A stretch of 64,000 nucleotides of DNA from Salpingoeca rosetta. Taxonomy: Eukaryota > Protista > Choanoflagellata. The notes below the pieces were generated by a model. That model saw only the letters and a list, made by a program, of their open reading frames with translations, did not search any database and was not told where the DNA came from. The stretch covers positions 1,640,312-1,704,311 of the forward strand of contig JAWQFM010000007.1 of the NCBI GenBank assembly GCA_033442325.1, read 5' to 3'. Every line of letters begins with the position of its first letter. Position 1 is the first letter of the stretch. Below are positions 35,239 to 62,371 of this stretch, piece after piece. A program made the translations under genes and the position numbers.

Positions 35239-36183
35239 TGCTCATGGGCGGTGTCTTGTGTTGGTTTGTGTTACCTTACCCTGCCTTGTCCCATTTTATT
35301 GGTGCTGTGTATTGCGTGCGCGTGTTTGTTTGTCATGTAATGTATGTGTGGGCGGGCGAGCAAACAGCATGGTCGACAGCTGGGCATCCCTCTCCCCGAC
35401 ACGCCCACGCCCACGCCCACGCCCACGCCCACGCCCACGCCCTTCTTCCTATTGCGAGCCAGCACCAACAAGCAAGACTGTAACAGCGGAGGGACACGCC
35501 TCGTGCTGCGAGACAGCATCCGTGTCCCGGCACCCCTTCACCACCACGCGCCCCACCCCCTTCCTCTACCTCCTCCCGCTGTGCTGCAACTGCGATCACA
35601 CCCGACAAGGGCTGCAGCGCGCGCACGTGTATGTGTCGTTCATTGCATATTGTTCAGGATAGCCCCATCCCCCAGACATATTTTGATGATGATTTGATGC
35701 CATTCGTGTTTGTGTCGCCATTGCTGTTGTACGTACTGGTGGCTGCACCCATCCATGCCTTGTGCGCTTCCTTGAGTAACTCGACTTGATGTGAATAAAG
35801 CAACAGCAAAGAACACCCACAGCAAACCTCAACAGCTTCAAACAACAATCCTCACGAACTTAAACAACAACGGGCCACCACGTGTTTCCAATACCGTTGC
35901 TGGTGCCGAGTCAGTGCGCGGTTCTGTCTACCGACTCCCCCTCATGATGAATAACTAGCCCGCACGACTTCATGGACAGACAATGAAGAGAAGATACATG
36001 GGAAACCAGAATGGGGTCGCAATAGCATGCAAGAAACAGCGGAGAGCAGTCCGCACCACGCTCTCCCCATCGCAAGCCACGAAATGCATTTATGCACAAG
36101 CTGCAACCCGTCTGCCTATTTTTGCACAGACACAAACACAATACACCCACACAATCAATAAACCGGAAATCGCGCATTGCTGC

Positions 36184-46788
<10,605 letters not shown>

Positions 46789-46807
46789 ATTGGAGGCTGT
46801 TGCTGCT

Positions 46808-46963
<156 letters not shown>

Positions 46964-47606
46964 GCTGCTGCTGCTGCTGCTACTGAATCTGGTGCTCTTG
47001 TTGCTGTCGTTGAGGGAGATGCTTGCGGCTGTTGCTTTGTGACTTGCAGCCTTAGACGAGTCGTTTTGAGGCTTGAATGCGTGCGCTCTGATAGAAGCTC
47101 AGCAGTCGTTGTTGAATTGCCCACCACAGCCAGCAAGTGCACAGGGGCAGACAACACACATGTCCTGTTCAGCAATTCTGAATCCGTGCAGGACGCTGTG
47201 AGTGTTCTTGGGCGTTTCTACAGGGGACGTGACGCGTAACAGCAGAGGCCGAGCACTGAAAGGCTTGCAAGGGTAAATAGATGTCGAGCAAGCTTACTTT
47301 GAGGAGTGTGGTATCAAGCAACAACAGGCACATAAGTGTATGTGTGTGTGTGTTGGAAAACCAAACACAGAGACAACCTCGCTAGAGAAGGGGAACTGAG
47401 TCACAAGAACGAGGCAGGGCAATGCATCAACTCACCAACTCAAGCGGTACACTTGGTGAGTGCACTTGTCACGCCCACAACTTCCACGTCGATCACTCAG
47501 CTCACCTGGCTCACGGCTCTGTTTCGGTTGCGGTTGATGACAGAGAACAAGTCATATGATCGAGGAAACAACAGCCTAGCGGCAGCACCCACGCCCTGTG
47601 TGTGTG

Positions 47607-47648
<42 letters not shown>

Positions 47649-47824
47649 CGCATGCGTAGGCATGCGTGTGTGTGCGTGTGGACGTGACATGGTGGAGGTG
47701 GTGTGGAGTGCTGTGTCAGCGGTGGTGGTTGTTTCCGAACCACAGGCCGGTTTTAAATGTGCATCAAATCAGAGTGGTGAAGCCAAAAAATAACCACAGA
47801 AAGGCGACAACAAAACGAAGCGCG

Positions 47825-49602
47825 ATGGTGGCAGTGGTTGCTTTGCTGGCGATCGCATGCTTCTTGCTGTGTGATGATGCTCACGGGCAGGAGGCGGTGG
47901 ACCTAGGAGACTTCTGGAACAACGATGCCCACTTCCAATATGTGTCCAAGGCTCGGTTCCCTTCCCCGCCCCCATCGACGCAGTATGCAAGTCAGTCAGT
48001 GGTCTTTGTTGTTGTTCGTGGTGGTGTTTGTGGTGGTGATTGCTGTTGCTTTTGGTGTTCGGGCGTGGCAGTCTATGGTGGGCTCACGATCGTGCAAGCA
48101 CGCACACGTGTGCAAATAAACACACACACACATACATACACACACGCACATACATACATACATACATACATACATACATACATACATACATACATACATA
48201 CATACATACATACATACATACATACATACATACATACATACATACATACATACATACATACATACATACATACATACATACATACATACATACATGCATA
48301 CATACATACATACATGTCGCTCATTGTTACGTGGCGTCGTTTTGCTTGGCTGTCATGATCAGTGAACGTGGGCTTCCAGTTTGTGACGCGCCCAGGGATC
48401 TGGTACTTGTTCCACAGCGAGTACGCGTTCACCACCCAGCCAAGCTACTGCAAGGCCGACTACGCACGCATTCTCGTGCGCAACAGCACAGACGAAGGCA
48501 GGACTTGGTCCGCAGGCACGGTGGTGGCGACGCCAATCCCGAACACTGCCCAGGAATGTGCCATCGTCGACGGTGCCGGCTTCTACGATGACGAAACAAA
48601 CACCTGGCACTACATCGCCCAGTGCTTAAACCGCACGGACCACTGGATGTTGTGCCACTACACACGCCAAGGCGAGACACCGACGGGGATGTTCACACCA
48701 AACCCATACAACCCGGTATGATTGCGTTTTGTGTGTGTTCTGCATGTGTGTGTGTGCGTGAGTGTGTGTATGTGTATGTGTGTGTGTGTGTGTTCTGTTG
48801 GCAAACTGTTGGAGTTGCACGATCTCCACGTGCTGGACAGTGTTGTGTGTGTGTGTGTGTGTGTGTTGAGGTCTGGGGGTGTTGTCCGTGTTCATAATGT
48901 GTCCGCTGATTTTTGGCTGATCCATTCAGGTGGTGTACGGTGGCCAGCTGTGGTCGCGGATCTGCGCTCTGCCACATGCTCATTGTGATGAAAATATGTA
49001 TGACGAAGGTGCGTTTTGACGTGGAATGCCAGGACGCGCATATTGTGTGCACGTTTGAGATCATGCTCGCGTTTGTACTCAAGTGTGTGTGTGTGTGTGT
49101 GTTCATTGCACTTGAGCTTTCAGGAACACCGGAGATTTTCACAAAAGTGGAGGGCAACTTCTACGTCACCTTCCATGGGTGGGATGCAAAAGCCGGCAAG
49201 AGCGCACGCGGCATCGCCATGACACCAAGTATGCATGTTCTTTTTGTGCGTGTGCGCGTGTGTGTGTGTGTGTGCGTGCGTGCCGAGGTGAAGTTGGAAG
49301 GTGGAGCTGACGGCATGCGAGCGTGTATCTTGCGCACACATCGCCTGACTGATTGCCGTGCGTGGAGCTTTGTTTGTTGTTATGTTGTGCCTGTTGTTGT
49401 CTCCCGGGCGTCATTCTTCTTCCCCCTCACTTCTGTACCTGCATGTTTCTTCCGGTGCCCTTGTTTGCTGCTGGTCTGCGTGAAGACTTTGTCGACTGGA
49501 GCGTGACGGGTGCAGGCCTTCCGGGCGACGCCATCTTCACCTCCAAAGACTGTGAGCACTGGAACGTCACCTGGGCAAAGGTTGGCCATTCACTTACCAT
49601 TG

Positions 49603-49637
<35 letters not shown>

Positions 49638-50029
49638 TGTCTGTCTGTCTCTCTGTCTCTCTGTCTCTCTGTCTGTTGGGGGAATGTGCTGGTGCGCCGT
49701 CGCCACTGTCTCATGTTCCATTGCGTACTCTGCCCTCGCTTTGGCCTTTGTATTCGTTGCCTTGCACAACCGCCACTATTCGTGATAATGTCTGCCACGC
49801 CCATGTTGTGCCCGTGAACACCAATTCCTCACCACCCCTGTCGTCTGCCCTATGTTGTGCGGCTGTGCTCATCAGGGCGGGTGCGTTGGCGGCGGCGAAG
49901 GCACGATGCTCGCCGCCAGTGACATCTTCTACCACCTGATTGAGGCACCAGATATCACGTGAGCAACACTACACCCGCCACACACACACACACACATACA
50001 CACATACACACACACACACCACACACCCG

Positions 50030-50064
<35 letters not shown>

Positions 50065-50710
50065 ACCCGCCACACACACACACATACACACACGGACACA
50101 CAGAGAAGCATGCTTTGCTCATAGAAGGAATGAGCAGGCGGTGCCTTGCTATCAAAGACGCACCTGTGAGTATCGCTTGTTGCTTCACGAACTGTGACCA
50201 ATATCGCTTTGCTCTTCATATGTGCGACTGATGTTGCAGGCTGGGTTGCCTCACCAAACCCGGGCTGCAGAACTGGGTGCTTGGTATGCTGCGCGCCCCC
50301 GGAATCGAGGCGACAGGGATGTGGCAGCAGTCATTCAACCCCATCGTTGTGCCTGCAGTCAAGCAAGGCTGCTACATTCAATATCACCGCCTCTTCAAGG
50401 TCAGACACGTACATTCTTTCCTTCACACACTGGTTCAGGTACACGCGACACAACACACACACACACAACACACACACACACACACACACAACACGCAACA
50501 CGCAACACGCAGCACACAGGCGCGCGTGTCGTAATCACCCACGTCCGACCCTCACAGAACGCCCGTGCTTTTGTCACTTCCTGTCTGCGTGAGCAGGGTG
50601 ACAACGCCACCTACCTTGAGTATTGGGCTGCAGATTGGATGCAGGTGTTCAAGCTTGTGCCTGGGCCCGGTCCTCGCCCCATCGTGGCCGGCCCGCCCCC
50701 AGACATCTAG
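47825..50710 (+). CDS. Secreted Asp-box (BNR) beta-propeller protein, probable glycoside hydrolase/sialidase-like fold
   Basis: Signal peptide MVAVVALLAIACFLLCDDAHG; Asp-box STDEGRTW; W/Y-rich blade motifs (VDGAGFYDDETNTWHYI, DEG|TPEIF...FYVTFHGWD, FVDW, FYHLIEAPD); about 8 exons with GT-AG joins; stop TAG at 50708-50710. Confidence 0.7.
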
Positions 50711-50867
50711 CGGCATGCACCCTGCGCTCGCTTCTCCAGTTCACCCATGTACCGTGCTTGTTATCCTGACATGCTGCCTGCTGCTGTTACCTGAGATGAA
50801 CAAACGCTTGTCGTCTGCACAATTTGGACCTCGCAAACTTCTTGTTGGGGGGGGGGGTTGTTTCACA

Positions 50868-50912
<45 letters not shown>

Positions 50913-51266
50913 GCACGCACACACACACACACACACACACATGACTCTTGTTTGGCAAGCTTGTGGTGCTGGGAGCTGATGCGCCTGTGTGTGATCTTGA
51001 CTTTATACGCGTGCCGTGTATGCGCTTGCACATCACGACAGTCAACGGATCAAACGCAAGCCGGCAACTGAGCTTCTCCAAGGCAACGAAGACTACCACG
51101 GCCACAGAGCCAAAAGCAAACAAACCCAACACTCACATCACGACAGCAGGCACTACGGGGGATCAAAGCAGGAACAAGGCGACACATCAACTTGAACACC
51201 AACAACATCTACTACGCTGCGCGTGGCTAAGCGCACGACCATGTCGAGGGAAACCATCGATTACAT

Positions 51267-55479
<4,213 letters not shown>

Positions 55480-55679
55480 GGTTGTCGTCGTGCTATCTGT
55501 CTCTCTCTGCTGAGCTGAGGATGGCGATAGTTGGTGGAAATGGTTGGTGAATTTTCTACAAACAAACCAATGTGGAGGAGTCTTCTGGCTATCAAACGAC
55601 TGAACAACCTGGACTAGCGGTGGGTGAACTGTGTGCGTGTTTCCAGCCAACCCCATCATCCATCCCTCCACCTGTTGAG

Positions 55680-55790
55680 ATGGCTGAAGGCACTGCGGCG
55701 GCGTGGGCGTGGACCAGGGAAGCAAACACACACGATGAAGAAGCTGGCGCGAGTACAAGGGAGCAGGGCCTGGAGGGCTGGGGCACTTAC

Positions 55791-55822
<32 letters not shown>

Positions 55823-56950
55823 CGACGACGAGGACAACGGCAACAAGGGCAACAACGATGGTGCTGATGGTGCTGATGCTGGTGACGAGGAGCACAACCC
55901 GCACCACAGCAACTCAGCACACACATCAGACGCAGCAGATACAGCAGATGCAACAGACACAACAACGGCGACGCAACCATCGCCCCCGCCCCCGCCCCCA
56001 CCCTGCGAGGTGTACATCTCCGTGAACACGGACGAAGGCCTGGCACAAGCGAGTGCGCTCGCGGAGGCGATCGAAGCTCGGGAGGTGAGGTGCGTGATTG
56101 GCGGGCGGAAGGTGCAGCAACACCGACTCAGCTCGACCAAGAGTAAGGATGACCTGCGCGATTCCAAGCTGGCCGTGATCATCGCCACTGCCAACTACGG
56201 CGGTGTGGACACCACGGAGGGCCGGCGCACGCGGCAGGAGCTTGAGTTCATCTTCCGCGAAGACAGGGCGTTCTACCTGATCAAGACGTGCGACCACTTC
56301 AAGGCGCCACGCGTGGACACCTGGCTCACGGATGAGCTCACCCGGTTCCTCTGGACAGCACCGCCGCCCGCGTCGTACAGCGAGCCCGACGCCGCCGTGG
56401 ACGTGCCTGCGGGCCTTGTCGACGATGTGCTCGCGGACATGGCCACAATGATGAAGCCTGGCAGCGATGCGACCGGCGGCGGCGTTGGCAGCGTCTCTGA
56501 CGAGCGGCGGCGGAAGCGGGAGAACGCGGAGCGCATCAAGCAACAGCGGGCACAGCAGCGCTCAAACCACTTCAACGCCGTGCTGAGACGAAGCCGCTGC
56601 ACTGCTGTTGCAAAGAAGCGCATTCAGCAGATCTTCTCCGGCGCCCTCGCCATCGTCGTCGAGTGAGTTGTCCGCTGTGTGTGTGTGTGTGTGTGTGTGC
56701 GTGCGTGCGTGTATGTGTGTGTTTGTGAGTGCTCTTGAGCTTCTGAAACACACCCTTCTACCCTTGTGTCATCCGTCTGGACGCTGGATATCTGGTCTTC
56801 TACCCCTACAGTTTGCACAAGCAGCATCTGGACGACTTTGCGTGCCACGCCCTCGGTATTGCACTCCAGAACAACACAAGCACAAAGGAGATCAGGTGCG
56901 CATGAACAAGTTTGTGTGTGTGTGTGTCTGTCTGTGTCTGTGTGTGTGTG

Positions 56951-56991
<41 letters not shown>

Positions 56992-58202
56992 GCATGTGCG
57001 CGTGCACTGCACTGGCTTTTTGGTGTATTGTGGGAGCGTTTGTGTGTGGATACCTCCAAAGCCTCGCCAACTCGTGGCATGTTTGTGTTTCCAACGCTGT
57101 CATGGCCAGGATGTATTGCAACGACTTCACCCCGAACGGCGTTGAGGCGCTGTGCCGCTCGCTGGAGACCAACCGCGCCCTGACAATGCTCTCGTCAGTC
57201 CATGTTGCGCCCCCGATACCTGTTGCGCAACTGCACATGTTACTTGCTTGTGCATGCTTCGCGCTCAATGCTAATCGCTTCATCCGGACAATATGTGTGT
57301 GTGTGCGTGCGTGCGTGTGTGTGTCTGTGTCTGTTTCTGTGTGTCTGTTTGTGTGTGTGCGTGTGTATATGTGTGCGTGTGTGCGTGCGTGTGTGCGTGT
57401 GTCTGTGTCTGTTTCTGTGTGTCTGTTTGTGTGTGCGCGTGTGTATATGTGTGCGTGCGTGTGTGCGTGTGTCTGTGTCTGTTTCTGTGTCTGTTTGTGT
57501 GTGCGCGTGTGTTGGGGGGGGGTATGTGTGTGTGTACGCGCGTGTGGGTGTGGTGTGGGTGTGTGGGTGTGCAGGTTGGCATCAAACAACGTGGGCAATC
57601 GTGGGGCCGCCGCGTTGGCTAGACTCGTTGAAACGCATCGCCACCTCAAAGAGCTCTGGTTGGATCCGGTGGGCGTGCCCAAATGCATGCCTGCGTGTGC
57701 ATGGCAATATGAACACGTACGCGTGATATGAATGATATGAATCCACTCACAACGTGCGCCTTTCCAACATGTACACCAGGTTGTGGAACACTGCGATTGG
57801 CGATGAAGGCGCGGTGGCGCTGGCCACAGCCTCAACAAAAAGCCGGTCCTTGGAGAAGATCGAGTGAGTCCCTTTGTGTGTGTGTGTGTGTCTGTGTCTG
57901 TGTCTGTGTCTGTGTCTGTGTCTGTGTGTCTGTGTGTGTCTGTGTGTGTGATCATGTGTGTGTGTGCATGTGTGTGCCGTGTGTGTTTGCCTGCCAGCGT
58001 CCCTGCCTTCCAGCCTTCCAGCCAGCCAGCCTCTGATTGCCTGGTGTTGTTGAACCTCGTAACACTCACTACTTCCTCTCCCACCTGACTGGTCGCAATT
58101 CCATCAAGATTGGAAGGCAACCGCCTATCGGCCAAAGGCATCACCAGGGTTGAGGCCGCCGCCAAGCAGAAGATTGGCAAACCCGTCGATGTGAAGCTCT
58201 AG
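55680..58202 (+). CDS. Intracellular TIR-like domain plus ribonuclease-inhibitor/NLRC3-type LRR protein (no NACHT/NB-ARC, no TM segment)
   Basis: Exon 1 (55680-56662) has an acidic tail, TIR-like VYIS...LAVIIATANYG...TRQELEFI...FYLIK and a charged helix. Four 84-nt LRR exons follow (e.g. LASNNVGNRGAAALARLV, LWNTAIGDEGAVALA), then a last exon LEGNRLSAKG...VKL*. Confidence 0.78.
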
Positions 58203-58527
58203 CCCTGCGCACATGTGTGTGTGTGTGTGTTCGTGTGTGCGTTCTCGCGCGCGCGCGTGTGTGTCTGTATGGTTACATGTGTACGCTGTGGGTGCTGTTG
58301 TTTCGCGCGGTGTGTTCGTTCTCTGGATTATGCTGTATTGCTTCAAGACGGTTACTTCTTGATTTACACCACCCACAACAATCACGCCACCCTGTGTGCC
58401 TGAGGCCAACAACGCAAAAGGCAATCTGAGAGAACGGGGTGGCCCAAATGAGCGATTCGATTGACACACGTCACACACGCACACACACATACACACACAC
58501 GCACACGCACACAAAGCGGCGTCGTGC

Positions 58528-59062
58528 CTACGCTGCTGGCTCCTGTGCAACACGCACGACAGCAATCCCAACCGCAGGAAGAACTGTGTCACCATTGATG
58601 ACTGATGCAGCGTCGGCTAAGGACAGCTCTTGCGTAATGTTGGCATGCACCGTGCCTTCCGCGCCCTGCTCAAAGCAAGTGAAGGATCCCATGTTGCGTG
58701 AGATGTGCATGTGCGCTGCGTGTCTATGTGTCTGAGTGTGGGTGGGTGTGCCTGTGTATCTATATGTCTGAGTGTGGGTGGGCGTGCGTAGCATGTATCT
58801 CTGTGTCTGTGGTCGCCTGTGCTGGAGCTGGATGGTTACAGTACGTGCTTTCATGCCCATGCCTTCGGTGTGAGAGCCGCAACAACACGGTGCCATCTGG
58901 GCCTCACCAGTTTCAGCGCGTCGCGGAGCACGTGAAGTATCCTCCCCTGCATACTCGCGCCAGACACCACAGCCACCGCATTCACGTGCGCTATTGCTAC
59001 AGATTTCGCAAACAGCGCAGCTTGCAGCGTAGCCCCAACCTGACACGCACAAATGTTGGCCA

Positions 59063-59098
<36 letters not shown>

Positions 59099-59120
59099 CG
59101 TGGCTGCGTGTTGTGCGCAT

Positions 59121-59184
<64 letters not shown>

Positions 59185-60608
59185 GTGTGTGTGTGTGCGT
59201 GTGTGTGTGTGTGTATGCGGACAAGTCTGTTTGTGCGCGGAACGTAGTGTGTGTGTGTGTGTGCGGCTTCACGCTGTCTAGGGAGTTCATCAAATCTATG
59301 TGCTCGAGATTGAGATTGAGTTCTGAATACTCGCAAGAGTCAGCTAATAACCTTTGACGGGTTGTGTTTATGTGTCTTCTAAATGGCTGTATGTAGTAAG
59401 TATTGTCCAGGCTCACGTATCGTAGTAGTCACCAGCGTGGGTGTCCCACTGCCGCCACTCACCTTAACAGGAACATCAGGGGTTTTTTTTCNNNNNNNNN
59501 NNNNNNNNNNNNNNNNNNNNNNNNNNNNNNNNNNNNNNNNNNNNNNNNNNNNNNNNNNNNNNNNNNNNNNNNNNNNNNNNNNNNNNNNNNNNNNNNNNNN
59601 NNNNNNNNNNNNNNNNNNNNNNNNNNNNNNNNNNNNNNNNNNNNNNNNNNNNNNNNNNNNNNNNNNNNNNNNNNNNNNNNNNNNNNNNNNNNNNNNNNNN
59701 NNNNNNNNNNNNNNNNNNNNNNNNNNNNNNNNNNNNNNNNNNNNNNNNNNNNNNNNNNNNNNNNNNNNNNNNNNNNNNNNNNNNNNNNNNNNNNNNNNNN
59801 NNNNNNNNNNNNNNNNNNNNNNNNNNNNNNNNNNNNNNNNNNNNNNNNNNNNNNNNNNNNNNNNNNNNNNNNNNNNNNNNNNNNNNNNNNNNNNNNNNNN
59901 NNNNNNNNNNNNNNNNNNNNNNNNNNNNNNNNNNNNNNNNNNNNNNNNNNNNNNNNNNNNNNNNNNNNNNNNNNNNNNNNNNNNNNNNNNNNNNNNNNNN
60001 NNNNNNNNNNNNNNNNNNNNNNNNNNNNNNNNNNNNNNNNNNNNNNNNNNNNNNNNNNNNNNNNNNNNNNNNNNNNNNNNNNNNNNNNNNNNNNNNNNNN
60101 NNNNNNNNNNNNNNNNNNNNNNNNNNNNNNNNNNNNNNNNNNNNNNNNNNNNNNNNNNNNNNNNNNNNNNNNNNNNNNNNNNNNNNNNNNNNNNNNNNNN
60201 NNNNNNNNNNNNNNNNNNNNNNNNNNNNNNNNNNNNNNNNNNNNNNNNNNNNNNNNNNNNNNNNNNNNNNNNNNNNNNNNNNNNNNNNNNNNNNNNNNNN
60301 NNNNNNNNNNNNNNNNNNNNNNNNNNNNNNNNNNNNNNNNNNNNNNNNNNNNNNNNNNNNNNNNNNNNNNNNNNNNNNNNNNNNNNNNNNNNNNNNNNNN
60401 NNNNNNNNNNNNNNNNNNNNCCCAAGGCTAGCAGCATCAGTGGTGTTCATGACTTTGCGCTGCTCCATGCCACCATGCTGCCAGTCTCATGTCAACATCA
60501 CATCCACGCTTCCCCACGGCCTGCGCACCCCCAAAAAGGCATGCAGGAGTACATTGAGGCAATCACCTTCATGGCATACATCAAGGATGGGTCGCTGCCA
60601 TCACCAGA

Positions 60609-60653
<45 letters not shown>

Positions 60654-60677
60654 ACACACACACACACACCCCACCCG

Positions 60678-60711
<34 letters not shown>

Positions 60712-60843
60712 AATCACCTGGTCATCTTGTGGATCAAAGACCGCTGTGTAAACTTGAACAAGGACGTGAGCCTCCGGCACAGGTGGCCACAAGTTGTCTG
60801 CCACGACTGCCTTACCACCCTCGTCCACAACAACAACCTTCAT
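58528..60843 (-). CDS. CRYZL1-like (quinone oxidoreductase-like 1, MDR fold); middle exons fall in the assembly gap
   Basis: First exon [10 protein letters not shown]...[17 protein letters not shown]|gtgatt. 3' exons [13 protein letters not shown]...[14 protein letters not shown]|[19 protein letters not shown] resemble CRYZL1 LFLKGATLAFLN...QGKYLCILKDVMEKLSTG. Confidence 0.65.
59492..60420. other. Assembly gap (Ns)
   Basis: Run of N. Confidence 1.
60539..60612 (+). other. Isolated exon fragment of translin-associated factor X (TRAX/TSNAX)
   Basis: aaag|[20 protein letters not shown] resembles TRAX GLQEYVEAVSF..FIKTRSL. It runs straight into (CA)n with no GT donor. Confidence 0.6.
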
Positions 60844-60961
60844 CGCTCAGTCGGCCAGCGCAGTGCAAGTCGTGAAGATTGGCCATGTCGCTCATAGCTT
60901 TCGGCATCCGCTCAACAACCAACCAACCAACCAACCAACCCTCTCTGCCCTTCGACCACAC

Positions 60962-62302
60962 ATGAACGTGAAGAGGTCCAGTCTGTCGCGTGTGCAGCGA
61001 GCGGCTGCATTACTGGTTGTGGCCACACTGGTGCTAGGAATACTGCTGTGGTCATCCCTCACTTCAGTACCCACTGCTAGGAAGGGCAATGGCGTCGCCG
61101 AGACTTCGCGACTGTCACGGGACATGGTGGTGCAAAGACTGTGGTTGAACTTTGGCGCTGCATATCACAACGCCACAGCTGTGGCTGCACAAGGTAGCAG
61201 CGACTCCAGCCACAACGGGTTCATTGTGGTGGAACACGCAAGCCAGCATGTGCCTGAGGATGTGGTGCGCGCAGCTTCTCGACGATGGAAGGCGTTCATG
61301 CGGCTCGCGCCAACGTTTGAGCAGCACACCCAGGCGTTTACTCGCGACCGCGCGATCGTCATCAGTGGTGGCGGGTACCAGCTCGAGTTCGTGTTCGCCA
61401 GCGTCCGCCTGCTTCGCCTATACGGGTGCACCCTCCCGATTGAGTTGTGGGTGAGCAGTGTTCGCGGTGAAGTGCCCTCCGTTACCCAGCGCCGTGCACT
61501 GGAACAAATTGGGGTGGAGGTGATGGATTTGGACGCATACGCCGGCGTGTTTCCAGAGTTGGCGGAGCAGATGCACCCTTCAAAGCCGAGCACCAAGCCA
61601 TACATTCTCAAGCAGCTAGCGCTTGTCTCCTCAAACTGCCGCCAGTGTTTGCTGCTCGACGCTGACAACGCAGCTGTGCGCGACCCAACCTACCTCTTTT
61701 CCGACGAGAACTTTGTGCGCACGGGCCATCTTCTCTGGCCAGACTTTTGGCACATGCGCACTGGCCCGGCGTCCATCCGCGCCATATTTGGGCTGAACGA
61801 CGACTGGGCCAGCACGAGCCCATGGGACGTCAGGACGGTGGAATCAGGGCAGATGGTCGTCGACAAGGCCCGTGCTTGGCGCACACTCATGCTGTCCGTT
61901 TACATGCAGCTGCAAACCGAGTTCTTCGACAACCAAGTGCGTGAACTGAGGTGTGGAGGGGCAGGAGGTGTGTGTGTGCGTGTATGTTTGCGTTGTGTAT
62001 GTGGGTGTTCATGCTCGACTGTGCGTGTGGGTGTTCATGCTCGACTGTGCGTGTGTGTGTGTGTGTGTTTGCAATGCGAACTTTGAGTCACGCGCTCACA
62101 CTCCCAGTTGTACGCTTTGGTCCATCGTGCCATGCCATGAATGTGTAGATGAGAGCTCTACATCATTTAGGTGGCGGCGGTGACAAGCAAACGTTTCTGA
62201 TTGGATGCCTTGCCACCAACTCATCGTGTCACATTATTGACCACCCAGTCGCTTCGGCTGCACGAATTATTGATGGCACTTTCTGCGGCCGCGCCATGGT
62301 GC

Positions 62303-62371
<69 letters not shown>

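Noticed and set aside
58595-59065. Plus-strand gene starting MTDAASAKD
   Set aside because: The minus strand gives a better-supported CRYZL1-like reading of the same bases.
59270-59491. More AT-rich segment next to the gap as a transposon fragment
   Set aside because: No terminal repeats, target-site duplication or transposase/RT motif; may be low-quality contig-end sequence.
59379-60897. Long ORFs spanning the N run
   Set aside because: Artefacts of translating Ns.
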